IMG/VR virus record: IMGVR_UViG_3300042291_001013
Direction: 5' to 3' (one strand)
Length of the DNA: 64,000 nucleotides
Origin: a virus
Taxonomy: Duplodnaviria > Caudoviricetes
Numbering within the stretch: the stretch's first letter is position 1; each line of letters begins with the position of its first letter. Below are positions 35,837 to 45,364 of this stretch, one piece after another. Below the pieces are notes generated by a model that had not been told where the DNA came from, did no database searches, and saw only the letters and a program-made list of their open reading frames with translations. Both the position numbers and the translations under genes were made by a program.

Positions 35837-36808
35837 TTAGGGTGTAGTGGGTTCTGAACTATTGGTGGCCACAATTTCAGCCACGGGTTCAGCTTCCAGC
35901 ACATGTGTAGGTACTTCGTGTCCACCCTGTGGATTCATTGTGATAGTACCGTCAGCATGTGGTGTAACAGCGGCTCGTGCAGTAGAAGGCGCAGGTACTT
36001 GTACCACGTCTGTGCTGATCACCGGGCTGGTCATGGCATTGAGGTCAATCTTGAGTTTTTCCTGTGCGGCCCAGTCAAACACATAAGTGCCCACGTGACG
36101 TAGTAACACACGCTTGTCAACCCAGACCTGCCCACCAAGATCACGCCAGTTTTCACAGAATGTCCAGTCTTCACTGTAGTAGCGGCCTTCGCGTACTGCT
36201 GTGTCAAAGTAGGTTTTCATGTAAGGGTCCAACTCAGGTGGCAAGCCAATGTCGTTTTTAAACGGCTTGGTGGCAGGGTGTGCATTGAGCTTTTCAAACA
36301 CATCACGCTTGATCAACAAAAAGCCTGTGCCGGTCTTGGTAACTTCAATGTGATTTTCTTCCGGAGCAGGTTCAGGAGTTCCAGGAATACCATTAACACA
36401 CCATTTGATAGGCATGCTCTTCATGGGGTACAATCCGCCAATAATGTCTTTTTGTGCATCCAACATCACCAACAGGTGCCAGGGTTCCCAGCCAATGTCA
36501 GCGTCAACAAACATCAAGTGTGTGGACTCTTTGGTGTGCAAGAACTTGGCTGTGAGCGTGTTTCTAGCACGGCTAATCAAGCTCTCGTTGGTCATGGTTT
36601 CCACGGTCCAGTCAAGGTTCAATTGACGTGCCATGTTGGCCCATTTGATATAGCTCATGAAGGTTTGTTCAGTAAGCTGACCACCATAACATGGCATACA
36701 GATATGCACTCGGGTGGTACGCAAATAGTCCAAGTTTACTTGAATGTTTTGCTGTTGTGTAGCAGTGGGGTCACTGGGTGGTGTAATAGTAGGTTGGGCG
36801 TCAGCCAT
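35837..36808 (-). CDS. GT-A fold glycosyltransferase-like protein
   Basis: ICMPCYGG, ISRARN, LMFVDADIGW (DxD), GTGFLLIKR, SEDWTFC; start at MADAQP after TAAATA 36834-36839. Confidence 0.7.
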   Translation of the reverse strand: MADAQPTITPPSDPTATQQQNIQVNLDYLRTTRVHICMPCYGGQLTEQTFMSYIKWANMARQLNLDWTVETMTNESLISRARNTLTAKFLHTKESTHLMFVDADIGWEPWHLLVMLDAQKDIIGGLYPMKSMPIKWCVNGIPGTPEPAPEENHIEVTKTGTGFLLIKRDVFEKLNAHPATKPFKNDIGLPPELDPYMKTYFDTAVREGRYYSEDWTFCENWRDLGGQVWVDKRVLLRHVGTYVFDWAAQEKLKIDLNAMTSPVISTDVVQVPAPSTARAAVTPHADGTITMNPQGGHEVPTHVLEAEPVAEIVATNSSEPTTP

Positions 36809-36859
36809 GTTATCTCCGTTAAAAGTGTGCAGATATTTAATGCAGTACACCCGGTACTA

Positions 36860-37516
36860 TTAAATTCTGTACCATGTAGTATACACTATTTCACGGGCAC
36901 GTTGCAACCTAGCGTTGTCATTTGTAGTTTCTTGATCTGTGGCCAACTCACGCACAGCACGTTGATAAATGTCAAGATCACCCGATTCGGGTTCAAACAC
37001 ACAACTGCGACGATACTGGTCAAATGCTTGTTCGGCCCCAGCATTAAACAAAAGATTCAAAGTGGTCAGTTCTTTCAAACGTGAAAGAAATTGCTCGGGC
37101 TCTTGCCAAATATCACACCATTCTAGATTGAATTGTACGCCTCGACGAATCCAACCTGCATACTGTGCGGCAATTTGGTAACGAACCCCCTGGTCTTCAG
37201 AACGACCTGTTTTCTTTTGTAGATTCAAAAAGAAGTTGAACCAGGCACGATCTGATCCCAGAACAATTTCACAATCGTGCCAGGTAATGCTGTGTTCGCG
37301 ACGTTGAAAATAATTTTGATATTTTATTTCTGAATTTGAATTAACAATTGATTCTATTACTGGAAAATCAAAATTGTCAACATCCCCGCTAATGGATTGA
37401 TTATGTAGCGAGCACCAGGTCAAATAATTCAACCAAGCGCCACCACTGCCCATGGGATACCATAATTTAGGCAATTGCTGTAACTGTGTCCAGGAACCGT
37501 TGACGATCAAGGTCAT
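36860..37516 (-). CDS. Hypothetical protein, possibly sulfotransferase-like P-loop fold
   Basis: N-terminal WYPMGSGGAWL. Confidence 0.45.
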   Translation of the reverse strand: MTLIVNGSWTQLQQLPKLWYPMGSGGAWLNYLTWCSLHNQSISGDVDNFDFPVIESIVNSNSEIKYQNYFQRREHSITWHDCEIVLGSDRAWFNFFLNLQKKTGRSEDQGVRYQIAAQYAGWIRRGVQFNLEWCDIWQEPEQFLSRLKELTTLNLLFNAGAEQAFDQYRRSCVFEPESGDLDIYQRAVRELATDQETTNDNARLQRAREIVYTTWYRI

Positions 37517-38242
37517 TTAAACCCCGCCACGTTCTTCTAGGTAGTCCTGTACAGGCTGATTTTCTCGGGCCTGATAACTGGCTTTCATTCCACCCACTGA
37601 CATCTGTCCCAGTGTTTCGTTTGTGAATGAAGCGGCCCAGCCTTGGTTTTCCGCCACAGTACCAATGGCAGTGTCCAGCATTTTTACAATGTTTGCGGCC
37701 AAGGCCGGATTTGACTGCGTGGCAGGATACAAACTCATGACCAAGGCAGTTTTGCGCTTTTCATTAAGCTGTGGCCATGCATTACGAATTTCTGTGGCTG
37801 ACGTCATGCCTGGACCAAACTCCACTGTGGGCAAGTAGGCCATGTAAGCATGCTGACCAAATGGCGCAATGTTTGTTTCACCTGCCAAGGGCTGTAGGTA
37901 TGCTGGGCTACCATCTTTTTTGATGCCACCGGGTTGTGGAGGTTTGTTGGCGTCTTTTTCTGAACGCACAAATATCAATCGATCTTTTTCAGGATCAAAT
38001 TGACTGGTAATTTCTTCAGCTCTAAATGGTGATTTGACCTGCACAAAATGTCCGGGCTCGACACCAGCTAATTTTGCCAGCTTTTCTTTTACAGCAAAGG
38101 GAAATGGTCTACTGGAGGTATCGTTTGTTGCGGCCACAAACACCTTGGCGCCGGGAAATGCTTTACGGGCAGAATTATACAGTGCAAGATGTCCTGCGTG
38201 AAACGGGTGAAATCCCCCGGGCATGATAACAATGGTACTCAT
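37517..38242 (-). CDS. Cytidylyltransferase-like (HxGH) nucleotidyltransferase
   Basis: MPGGFHPFHAGH, SATEIR; TAAATA at 38249-38254. Confidence 0.75.
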   Translation of the reverse strand: MSTIVIMPGGFHPFHAGHLALYNSARKAFPGAKVFVAATNDTSSRPFPFAVKEKLAKLAGVEPGHFVQVKSPFRAEEITSQFDPEKDRLIFVRSEKDANKPPQPGGIKKDGSPAYLQPLAGETNIAPFGQHAYMAYLPTVEFGPGMTSATEIRNAWPQLNEKRKTALVMSLYPATQSNPALAANIVKMLDTAIGTVAENQGWAASFTNETLGQMSVGGMKASYQARENQPVQDYLEERGGV

Positions 38243-38257
38243 AATGAGTATTTAGCG

Positions 38258-38701
38258 TTACATGTGCTCCAAGAGCCAGAGATAGATAGGGGTAGAAAAT
38301 GTCAGTATAACTGTGCCGTTACAGCCCATGGTTCCGTAACAGCGTTCAGTAACTGAGTCACCGGTACCGTTGAAATTGTGCTGATACTGTGCTAGAGTTT
38401 GAAATACCTGCGTTACGTCAATGTCGTCAAATTCCACAGCGTCTATTCGTAAACAACTGTCGTATTCAAATCGGCCGTCTGCGTCAAGATGCGCATGGCT
38501 GTCATTTTTGCCATACAGTTCAATTTCCAGCCGGTGTTCGCCGTCTTGATCCGGCATAAACTGATGCAACACTGTTCTTGCTGTGACTGCATCAGTTCTG
38601 TAGAGTTCGTTGCCGTTCAAGCGAATGCACACGCCCAAGGGGCGATCAGGATCTGTGGGCTCAATGGCCAGGGCCAGAGCAATGGTATTTGCGTCAGTCA
38701 T
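38258..38701 (-). CDS. Hypothetical protein
   Basis: 147-aa ORF. Confidence 0.7.
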   Translation of the reverse strand: MTDANTIALALAIEPTDPDRPLGVCIRLNGNELYRTDAVTARTVLHQFMPDQDGEHRLEIELYGKNDSHAHLDADGRFEYDSCLRIDAVEFDDIDVTQVFQTLAQYQHNFNGTGDSVTERCYGTMGCNGTVILTFSTPIYLWLLEHM

Positions 38702-39063
38702 TAGTAAGTAATAGTAACAGTGTTAATAGTGCCGCCACTAAAGCCTTCAACTCGCACACGCATCCATGTGAAGTTGCCCAGCACAGTTTCGGGATGATAG
38801 TCTGTGAGTGGTATGGTACTGCCATCGCCATACACAAAAGTGGGGAACCAAGTGGCTTGGCCAGGATCTTGATCCAGAGTTGCTTCTAGAGTCATGTCAC
38901 CTTCAAATCCTGTCACAGTAAACAGCACAGTTTGTGTGCTGCCTTGCCCACGATAGTAGGCAGCAGCCTTGACCGCATCACTGATCCAGTCTTGACTGCT
39001 TCCGTCATAGTTGCCGGAAGGCGTACCATAAACAGTGGTATCAAGAATGGTTTGAGTGGTCAT
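38701..39063 (-). CDS. Hypothetical beta-rich protein
   Basis: 120-aa ORF, TAATG coupling. Confidence 0.7.
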   Translation of the reverse strand: MTTQTILDTTVYGTPSGNYDGSSQDWISDAVKAAAYYRGQGSTQTVLFTVTGFEGDMTLEATLDQDPGQATWFPTFVYGDGSTIPLTDYHPETVLGNFTWMRVRVEGFSGGTINTVTITY

Positions 39064-39227
39064 TATGCTCGTTCTGCTTCTACAACAACACCGGCACCGG
39101 CCAGTTCTTCAGCCACTGATTGCAGAGCCGCAACAATGTCATCGGTAGCAACTGCTTTGACAGCGTCGTTATCTTTGATCAATTTTGAGAGTTTGATCAC
39201 AACTACTTCTTCGTGTATTTTTGCCAT
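39063..39227 (-). CDS. Small hypothetical protein (54 aa)
   Basis: Hand-read MAKIHEEVVVIKLSKLIKD...; TAAATA at 39235-39240. Confidence 0.65.
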   Translation of the reverse strand: MAKIHEEVVVIKLSKLIKDNDAVKAVATDDIVAALQSVAEELAGAGVVVEAERA

Positions 39228-39237
39228 AGTGTATTAT

Positions 39238-39855
39238 TTATTGCTTTTGAATAATGGGCATGGTCTTTCTCACCGTCCCGGGCACAGCTATGTGCAACAG
39301 CATGGCGTCTTTTTCGTCATGATGATCCACAAAGAATGATCTAGTGATGTAGGACTGACGGATCAGGCGCCCTTGCCAATGTTTAGTTAGTTTAAACTGC
39401 TGGGGTCTACTGAGTAGGAATTGACTCAAAATCCTCAGTTGATCTTTGGTATAGTGTTTTTCCCGAAAGTAAGTGCGCCATTGATAACTGCTGTCTTTTA
39501 GTAGCACAACATCTCTAGGAAGATCTACCACGGCCTGTTGAAAGTAGCAGTGACTGACCCCGGGAAAACGCTGTAGGATTTCAAAAAAGCCAGGATCGTT
39601 GGTGTAAAAATACTGCCAGTCAGTGTACACCATGCGCTTGTAAGGTACTTCAATGCTGAGAATAGTGTCACACAGTTCCAGCATGGATTCTATAGGCTTG
39701 ATGATTTTCTGTCGATACAGTGAAGCAAAAGCCACAGATTCCTGTATGGACTTGTGCGTGAGTGTTCGCATGCGCCCAGATCCTTCAAATCTAAAGCACA
39801 TGGAATACTCGTACTGATCAAAAAACAGTCTATCTTTACTGACTTGTTTATACAT
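39238..39855 (-). CDS. Hypothetical protein
   Basis: ORF from MYKQVSKDR. Confidence 0.65.
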   Translation of the reverse strand: MYKQVSKDRLFFDQYEYSMCFRFEGSGRMRTLTHKSIQESVAFASLYRQKIIKPIESMLELCDTILSIEVPYKRMVYTDWQYFYTNDPGFFEILQRFPGVSHCYFQQAVVDLPRDVVLLKDSSYQWRTYFREKHYTKDQLRILSQFLLSRPQQFKLTKHWQGRLIRQSYITRSFFVDHHDEKDAMLLHIAVPGTVRKTMPIIQKQ

Positions 39856-42112
39856 CTGGGAACCTAATAATACCATCGTCAGCTACCACGGGCACCACAT
39901 GTGTGACCACGTCAAACACCACATTGTCATCAACCAAGTTGGCAGTGATGTCACAGTCTGTCAAGCGATCAAACAGGATCCGCTTGCTCAGTGGCACACG
40001 AAGCAACTCATCAATCTTGCGACTCAAGGGTCGAGCGCCCATCTTGGGATCATAGCCCTTGTCGGCCAGCATGTCAACCACGGGCTCACTCAGGTTGAGT
40101 TGTATGTTCTTTGTGGCCAAACTGGTCTTGAGTTCGTCCACAAACTTGACCACAACTTTCTTGATGGCCAAGGTATCCAACTTGGAGAATTTGACAATTT
40201 GATCAATGCGGTTGCGCAGTTCAGGTTTAAAGAACTCCTTGACTGCTTTGTCGTCTTCGCCAGTTTTCTCAAAGCTACCAAAGCCAATGTTGTTGGCTTC
40301 ACTATCACGTGCGCCCAGGTTCGACGTCATGATGATAATACAGTTCTTGCAGTTGGCTTTTTTGCCATTGGTGCTGGTCAACACACCTTCGTCCAGCATC
40401 TGTAGCAGGATGTTTGTGACATCAGGGTGTGCTTTTTCAATCTCATCAAACAAGATAATTGAAAAAGGATTCTTGGTAAGATCAGAGATTAGTTTACCAC
40501 CACCCACATTGCCATCTTCAAAGCCCACGTAGCCTGGGGGAGCACCAATAAGCCCGCTGACACTATGCCGTTCTTGATACTCACTCATGTCATATTTCAG
40601 CAGTTTCATGTCCAAGTTGTTGGCCAGCAATCTAGCAAGTTCAGTTTTACCTGTGCCTGTTGGCCCTAGGAACAAGAATGACGCCATGGGTCGTGTGGCA
40701 TTGGCAATGCCGGCAAAGTTGATATACACACGTTCCAGCACTGAATCCACTGCGCCATCCTGTCCATACAACTTTTGCTTGATGTTGCTTTCTAGTTCCA
40801 CAATCTTGGTTGATCGTTCGTTTTGCAGTTTGTCTGCAGGAACACCTGTCACACGAGCTAACTGAGCTTCAATCAAGGCCCGAGTAATGTTTGCTGTGCC
40901 AGAGTCTTTCACACGCTCACGTGCGCAGGCCGCATCAATCAAGTCAATGCTTTTGTCAGGATTCTTTTTGTCGTGAATATATCGATTCGCCAGTTCCACC
41001 GCTGAGGTAATCGCTTCTGTTTCAATAAGAACATTGTGGAATTGCTCAAGCCTAGGTGACAATCCAATGAGGATTTGTTCTGTGGTGCCAGCATCTGGCT
41101 CATCGATCGACAAGCGATAGAAGCGACGCATAAGTGCGCGATCTTTCTCAAATGACTCATAGTATTCTTCCCAGGTGGTTGATGCTACAACTTTTAAACT
41201 GCCCTTGGTAATAGCAGGCTTGATCATGTTGGCAAGATCCAGGCTGCTGGAACTGTTAGAGCCGGCGCCTTTCATGGTATGTGCTTCGTCAATAAACAAA
41301 ATGCACTTTTTCTTTGTTTCCAGGGCCAGCATCACTGCCTTGAACTTTTCTTCAAACTCGCCGCGATACTTAGATCCGGCCAGCAAGCTACCAACTTCCA
41401 GGCTCCATACTTCATGATCCTTCAAGAACTCAGGCACACGCCCTGCCGCAACTTCCTGTGCCAGGCCTTCCACAATGCAGGTTTTGCCCACACCAGGATC
41501 GCCTACCATGAGCACGTTGGCCTTGAATTTGCGAGCCAGCACAGTGATCATTTCTTCCAGTTCCTTGTTGCGCCCAATCATGGGCTCAAGTTGATTTTTC
41601 AGGGCCAACTTGCTGAGATTCACACAGTACTCAGTTAAAACTTCATCAGCTTGACTAGCGTTCATACGTTCCTCCAGTTTGGCCGCATAATGCTTTTGCC
41701 AAAAGTCCACAAATTCTTGTTTTTTTACACCGTACTTGAGAAAGAAGTAGTGTGCATGACTGTTGGTTTCAGCCATGAGACTCAAGTAAAGATCAATTGT
41801 GGTCATTGATCTGCGCCCAGTAAACATTACCTGTACATTGGCACGGTTGAATAGCCGTTCCAGTGTTTGTGTTTTCTTGGGATGCTGGTCCGGAGTCTTG
41901 GACACCAAGCTGGTCAGACTGTTGAGATAGTCGGTGAGTTCAGTATCAAACTGATCAACTTCTACACCAAATGCATCCAGGCATTTTCTAAACGGTGCAT
42001 ACCGCAAAAGAGCCAGTGTCAGATGTTCACTAGTAACATACTCATGATTGGCATGTCGAGCCAGGTTCACAGCATTTTCAATAATGTGTTCAATTTCAGG
42101 ATTGTTTTGCAT
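39848..42112 (-). CDS. clpA: ClpA-like double AAA+ ATPase
   Basis: Clp N domain; GDPGVGKT, LFIDEAH, GPTGTGKT, LFDEIEKAH; IGF loop (NNIGFG); start at MQNNPE after AAGGA. Confidence 0.92.
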   Translation of the reverse strand: MQNNPEIEHIIENAVNLARHANHEYVTSEHLTLALLRYAPFRKCLDAFGVEVDQFDTELTDYLNSLTSLVSKTPDQHPKKTQTLERLFNRANVQVMFTGRRSMTTIDLYLSLMAETNSHAHYFFLKYGVKKQEFVDFWQKHYAAKLEERMNASQADEVLTEYCVNLSKLALKNQLEPMIGRNKELEEMITVLARKFKANVLMVGDPGVGKTCIVEGLAQEVAAGRVPEFLKDHEVWSLEVGSLLAGSKYRGEFEEKFKAVMLALETKKKCILFIDEAHTMKGAGSNSSSSLDLANMIKPAITKGSLKVVASTTWEEYYESFEKDRALMRRFYRLSIDEPDAGTTEQILIGLSPRLEQFHNVLIETEAITSAVELANRYIHDKKNPDKSIDLIDAACARERVKDSGTANITRALIEAQLARVTGVPADKLQNERSTKIVELESNIKQKLYGQDGAVDSVLERVYINFAGIANATRPMASFLFLGPTGTGKTELARLLANNLDMKLLKYDMSEYQERHSVSGLIGAPPGYVGFEDGNVGGGKLISDLTKNPFSIILFDEIEKAHPDVTNILLQMLDEGVLTSTNGKKANCKNCIIIMTSNLGARDSEANNIGFGSFEKTGEDDKAVKEFFKPELRNRIDQIVKFSKLDTLAIKKVVVKFVDELKTSLATKNIQLNLSEPVVDMLADKGYDPKMGARPLSRKIDELLRVPLSKRILFDRLTDCDITANLVDDNVVFDVVTHVVPVVADDGIIRFPDV

Positions 42113-42181
42113 AGAGTCCTTGTGTAATGTCATACGCTATTATACTACTTACACCAAAAAACCACAACCATTACGGATAGG

Positions 42182-42979
42182 TTATCGGTGTTGTTGAATC
42201 GCAGCCATGATGGCCGGATCCACTTGATCAGGTATTTGTGCTTGTATCTTGACAAAAAGGTCACCACGCTGTCCTGCTCGATCCAGGATGCCTTGCTGTC
42301 GCAAACGCAGAGTGGTGCCAGGTTGACAGCGTTCAGGAATGGTAACTACCAAACTGTTTCCATCCAAGGTGCGTATTTCAGCTGTGCCGCCCACAATCAA
42401 ATCCCACACCACAATTTCATGTTCGGTGTAAAGATTAAGTCCTTCTCTGCGCCAACGTCGATCAGGCTGTAGTCTAAACTGTATCACAAGGTCTTGCCCA
42501 CCTGGAGCAATGCCGGTGTACTGAACATTGTCTCCGTCGTTGATGCCTTGCGGTATTTCAATTTCCACAGTTTGTTGACCAGAAGCGGTGCCCAGGGCCA
42601 CTGTGCGGTGACCGCCACGTATGCAGTCCAACAAGCTGATCCACAGTGTCATGCGCACATGACTTTGTCGGGGACGCTGAGCAAAGCCCTGTCCAAAAAA
42701 TGGATTGCCTCCACCGCCGCCAAACATGCCGCCAAAGATGTCATTGATGTTGACATGCACACCATCACCAAATCCCCCAAACTGTGGCTGTGGGTTGTCA
42801 TAGGCCTGTCGTTTAGCTGGATCTCCCAGAGTATCGTATGCGGCTTGAATCTCTTGAAACTTTTGTGTGTTCCCACCCTTGTCCGGATGATGTTGGCTGG
42901 CCAGCTTGCGAAAAGCTCGCTTGATTTCATCTGCTGTGGCTGTTTTGGCAACACCTAATGTTGCATAGTGATCGGTCAT
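42182..42979 (-). CDS. dnaJ: DnaJ/CbpA-type co-chaperone (J domain, G/F region, C-terminal domain, no Zn finger)
   Basis: HYATLGV...HHPDK...AYDTL. Confidence 0.9.
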   Translation of the reverse strand: MTDHYATLGVAKTATADEIKRAFRKLASQHHPDKGGNTQKFQEIQAAYDTLGDPAKRQAYDNPQPQFGGFGDGVHVNINDIFGGMFGGGGGNPFFGQGFAQRPRQSHVRMTLWISLLDCIRGGHRTVALGTASGQQTVEIEIPQGINDGDNVQYTGIAPGGQDLVIQFRLQPDRRWRREGLNLYTEHEIVVWDLIVGGTAEIRTLDGNSLVVTIPERCQPGTTLRLRQQGILDRAGQRGDLFVKIQAQIPDQVDPAIMAAIQQHR

Positions 42980-42980
42980 G

Positions 42981-43013
42981 AAAAAGGCCCTGTATGTTTA
43001 ATTATACAGGGCC
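42981..43013 (-). terminator. Intrinsic terminator overlapping the dnaJ -10 box
   Basis: GGCCCTGTAT-8 nt-ATACAGGGCC followed by TTTTT on the minus strand. Confidence 0.7.
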
Positions 43014-43029
43014 CGGTTGCTGATGTCAA
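43001..43029 (-). promoter_or_regulatory. Consensus sigma70 promoter for dnaJ/clpA
   Basis: TTGACA-N17-TATAAT. Confidence 0.8.
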
Positions 43030-43245
43030 TTACTTCTTTTCAGGTACCTTGGTACCTTCAAGTTTCTTGTGTTGCTTTACTTCTTTACAGCTTTGCTTGA
43101 CTTTGCCGGTCTTGGTGTCTTTGACTGGTTTGCCTTCTTTATCTTTGACATCCACACAGACTTTTTTAGTTTCTTTCTTGGGCTCTTCAGCAATGACAAA
43201 TTGACTACCTAGTGCCAAGGCTAGTGCGATTAATAGTTGTTTCAT
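43030..43245 (-). CDS. Small secreted Lys-rich protein
   Basis: Signal-peptide-like N-terminus MKQLLIALALALG. Confidence 0.7.
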   Translation of the reverse strand: MKQLLIALALALGSQFVIAEEPKKETKKVCVDVKDKEGKPVKDTKTGKVKQSCKEVKQHKKLEGTKVPEKK

Positions 43246-43249
43246 GATT

Positions 43250-43738
43250 TTATCTTTCTGGAAATGGTGGTATTACAGGGGCGGGTTTTCCACCAAATCC
43301 TGTAACAATCTCAGCCGCTGGCGCTCCAATTGTTGCACTGCTATTACTGCTGCCTGGTGCTGTTGGTGTTGTACCCCAACTTGGTGCTGGTGTAAAACTT
43401 GTGCTAGGTGTTGGAGACCCGCTTGCAAATCCTGTTGCTGGTGTTTGTATTCCGCCATTGTTAGCCCCTCCTAGTTTTTCTTGTGTGCGACCATACGCCG
43501 CAATACCTAGTACTGCTCCCATGGCAATGTGGAACAAACCAGCACCTTGCAGTGTGAGTGGTTGCCACTGAGTAATAGGTTGCTTGAGCAAGGTCTGTGC
43601 CAGGCTCCATAGTATGGGAAACAGCACAAAGTCTGTTATACAGGTCAGCATATACATCCAGCCCATAGCTGGACGCCACTTTGAGTTCATCCAGTCTTCT
43701 TTTTTCTTTTCACTTTCGCTTTTGACTTCTTCTGTCAT
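43250..43738 (-). CDS. Holin (3TM holin-like)
   Basis: WRPAMGWMY...DFVLFP, FHIAMGAVLG; near endolysin. Confidence 0.7.
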   Translation of the reverse strand: MTEEVKSESEKKKEDWMNSKWRPAMGWMYMLTCITDFVLFPILWSLAQTLLKQPITQWQPLTLQGAGLFHIAMGAVLGIAAYGRTQEKLGGANNGGIQTPATGFASGSPTPSTSFTPAPSWGTTPTAPGSSNSSATIGAPAAEIVTGFGGKPAPVIPPFPER

Positions 43739-43750
43739 GTTGGCTCCTTT

Positions 43751-44479
43751 TTAATATCCAAATCTTGCTTTGTACTGATTGTACAAAAGCTGTACCTCTG
43801 CCAGGGTCAATATGCCGCTGTAGGCCTTGACAAACCCTATGTCGCCAGTTTGCACTTCACTGCCTGCGGAACGACTGAACAGTCGTATCTGATTGGGCCC
43901 GCCGCCACCGCCTAGGTTAGTGGCTGTGAACGCAGTACCAGTTGGTTGGGCACTTGTTGCTGTGTATACCTGTCCCAGGCCTGTGGTGGCGTTCCAAGTA
44001 CCCCATATAAAGTTCCATACAGCGTTTGTTCCTGAGCTAGGCAAGTTAACTGAATAGTTGGGATAGAACGCATTTACAAAACCGTTGTAGGCGCCCATCA
44101 TCCAGTCTCTACTGGCTTCACTTTGTGTGTTCAATAATCTGCCAGAACTTGTGACCGACAACTTGTAGGTTGCAAATACCGAATAGCTTTGCCCAGTACT
44201 CCAGTTAGGCCCGCCGTACATGACGTCAGTGCCCACGCCGTTGCTTTTTCTAAACACCCCACCATTGACAGCTTGCCAACTAATACTGGCGCCAGCATTG
44301 GCCACAGTGAGTGTGCGCTGACCTGTGGTACCTGTGCCAGCAACCACAGTTCCATTGGCAGGCATGGCCGCATAATCGGCTGCATCTAGGTCGTAAACTA
44401 GAGAGGCCGAGACTACTGCCCCATTTTCAAATGTAATTCCAGGTCCTACTTCAATTCCTGGTCCAATTACTATTGCCAT
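43751..44479 (-). CDS. LamG/concanavalin A-like domain virion protein
   Basis: LVYDLDAA...GDIGFVKAYSGILT.AEV..LYN..KARFG. Confidence 0.7.
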   Translation of the reverse strand: MAIVIGPGIEVGPGITFENGAVVSASLVYDLDAADYAAMPANGTVVAGTGTTGQRTLTVANAGASISWQAVNGGVFRKSNGVGTDVMYGGPNWSTGQSYSVFATYKLSVTSSGRLLNTQSEASRDWMMGAYNGFVNAFYPNYSVNLPSSGTNAVWNFIWGTWNATTGLGQVYTATSAQPTGTAFTATNLGGGGGPNQIRLFSRSAGSEVQTGDIGFVKAYSGILTLAEVQLLYNQYKARFGY

Positions 44480-45097
44480 TTATGCTCCAAGAACGTGTAA
44501 GGCGTGCTCAGTGTGACTGATACGATCTTCAAGACCAATGTAGCCACCATTGATGGCTCGTGTTAGACCTTTTGTATCATTAGCATCAGCAAAGCGATTC
44601 AAGTTGTTTTGTTCCCAGTACCAGCAGGCGCTTTGTGCGGCACCTTCAAATGTGGCTAGATATTCTGCGGCTTCTTCTACACTAATATCCAAGCTGCCTG
44701 CAAAGAATGTGTAGTTGTCTTTGCCTGTGAGTTGAATCAAGCCACGACCGCAATAGAGCCAGCCATCGCCTGACGCTTCGTCGCCGTTGCCCATTCTGTT
44801 AGCGTACACTCTGTTGGCAATCTTTTCCGGGCGTTTTTCGTACTGTGCAGCCAATTCATCTGTGGGGAAATACTTGGCAAATGTTTTTCTCAGGCTCGCG
44901 GCCTTGTAGTTGAGGTTTTCTTTGATGAAAACAAAATTTCCTGACTCATGAGCGCACTGTGCAATAAAATGTGCCACACGTAACGGTGTGTTGATATTGT
45001 AATCATCTAACAACTGATCCAAGGCGCCGTGCCATTGATTAATGTAAGGGTTCTTGACCATTTGTTTTAGTTGTGATAATGTAAGTATTGAACTCAT
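44480..45097 (-). CDS. GH19 endolysin
   Basis: RVAHFIAQCAHES, GRGLIQLTGKDNY, INGG..GLEDR; start MSSILT. Confidence 0.88.
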   Translation of the reverse strand: MSSILTLSQLKQMVKNPYINQWHGALDQLLDDYNINTPLRVAHFIAQCAHESGNFVFIKENLNYKAASLRKTFAKYFPTDELAAQYEKRPEKIANRVYANRMGNGDEASGDGWLYCGRGLIQLTGKDNYTFFAGSLDISVEEAAEYLATFEGAAQSACWYWEQNNLNRFADANDTKGLTRAINGGYIGLEDRISHTEHALHVLGA

Positions 45098-45363
45098 TTG
45101 CTGGCTCCTTCGAATATTATTTTTTGTTTTGTGTGCCACTCAATCCATGCGTCTAGTTTGACTGCGCATTCGTAGTACGAGGTGTAGTTTTCAGTAATGG
45201 TACGTGCAATAGTGCTCAAGGCCGCATCATCATTTAATTTTTTGAGATTGGGACAGGGTTGACTGACCAATTGGCCAGGTGCATCAGGAAACTTGGCCAC
45301 AACAGGAACTACAGTACTACATCCTGTCAGGCACAACAATATTGCAATAGCCCAATATTTCAT
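45094..45363 (-). CDS. Outer-membrane spanin (o-spanin lipoprotein)
   Basis: Lipobox LTGC, Pro-rich segment, adjacent to endolysin. Confidence 0.7.
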   Translation of the reverse strand: MKYWAIAILLCLTGCSTVVPVVAKFPDAPGQLVSQPCPNLKKLNDDAALSTIARTITENYTSYYECAVKLDAWIEWHTKQKIIFEGASK

Positions 45364-45364
45364 T

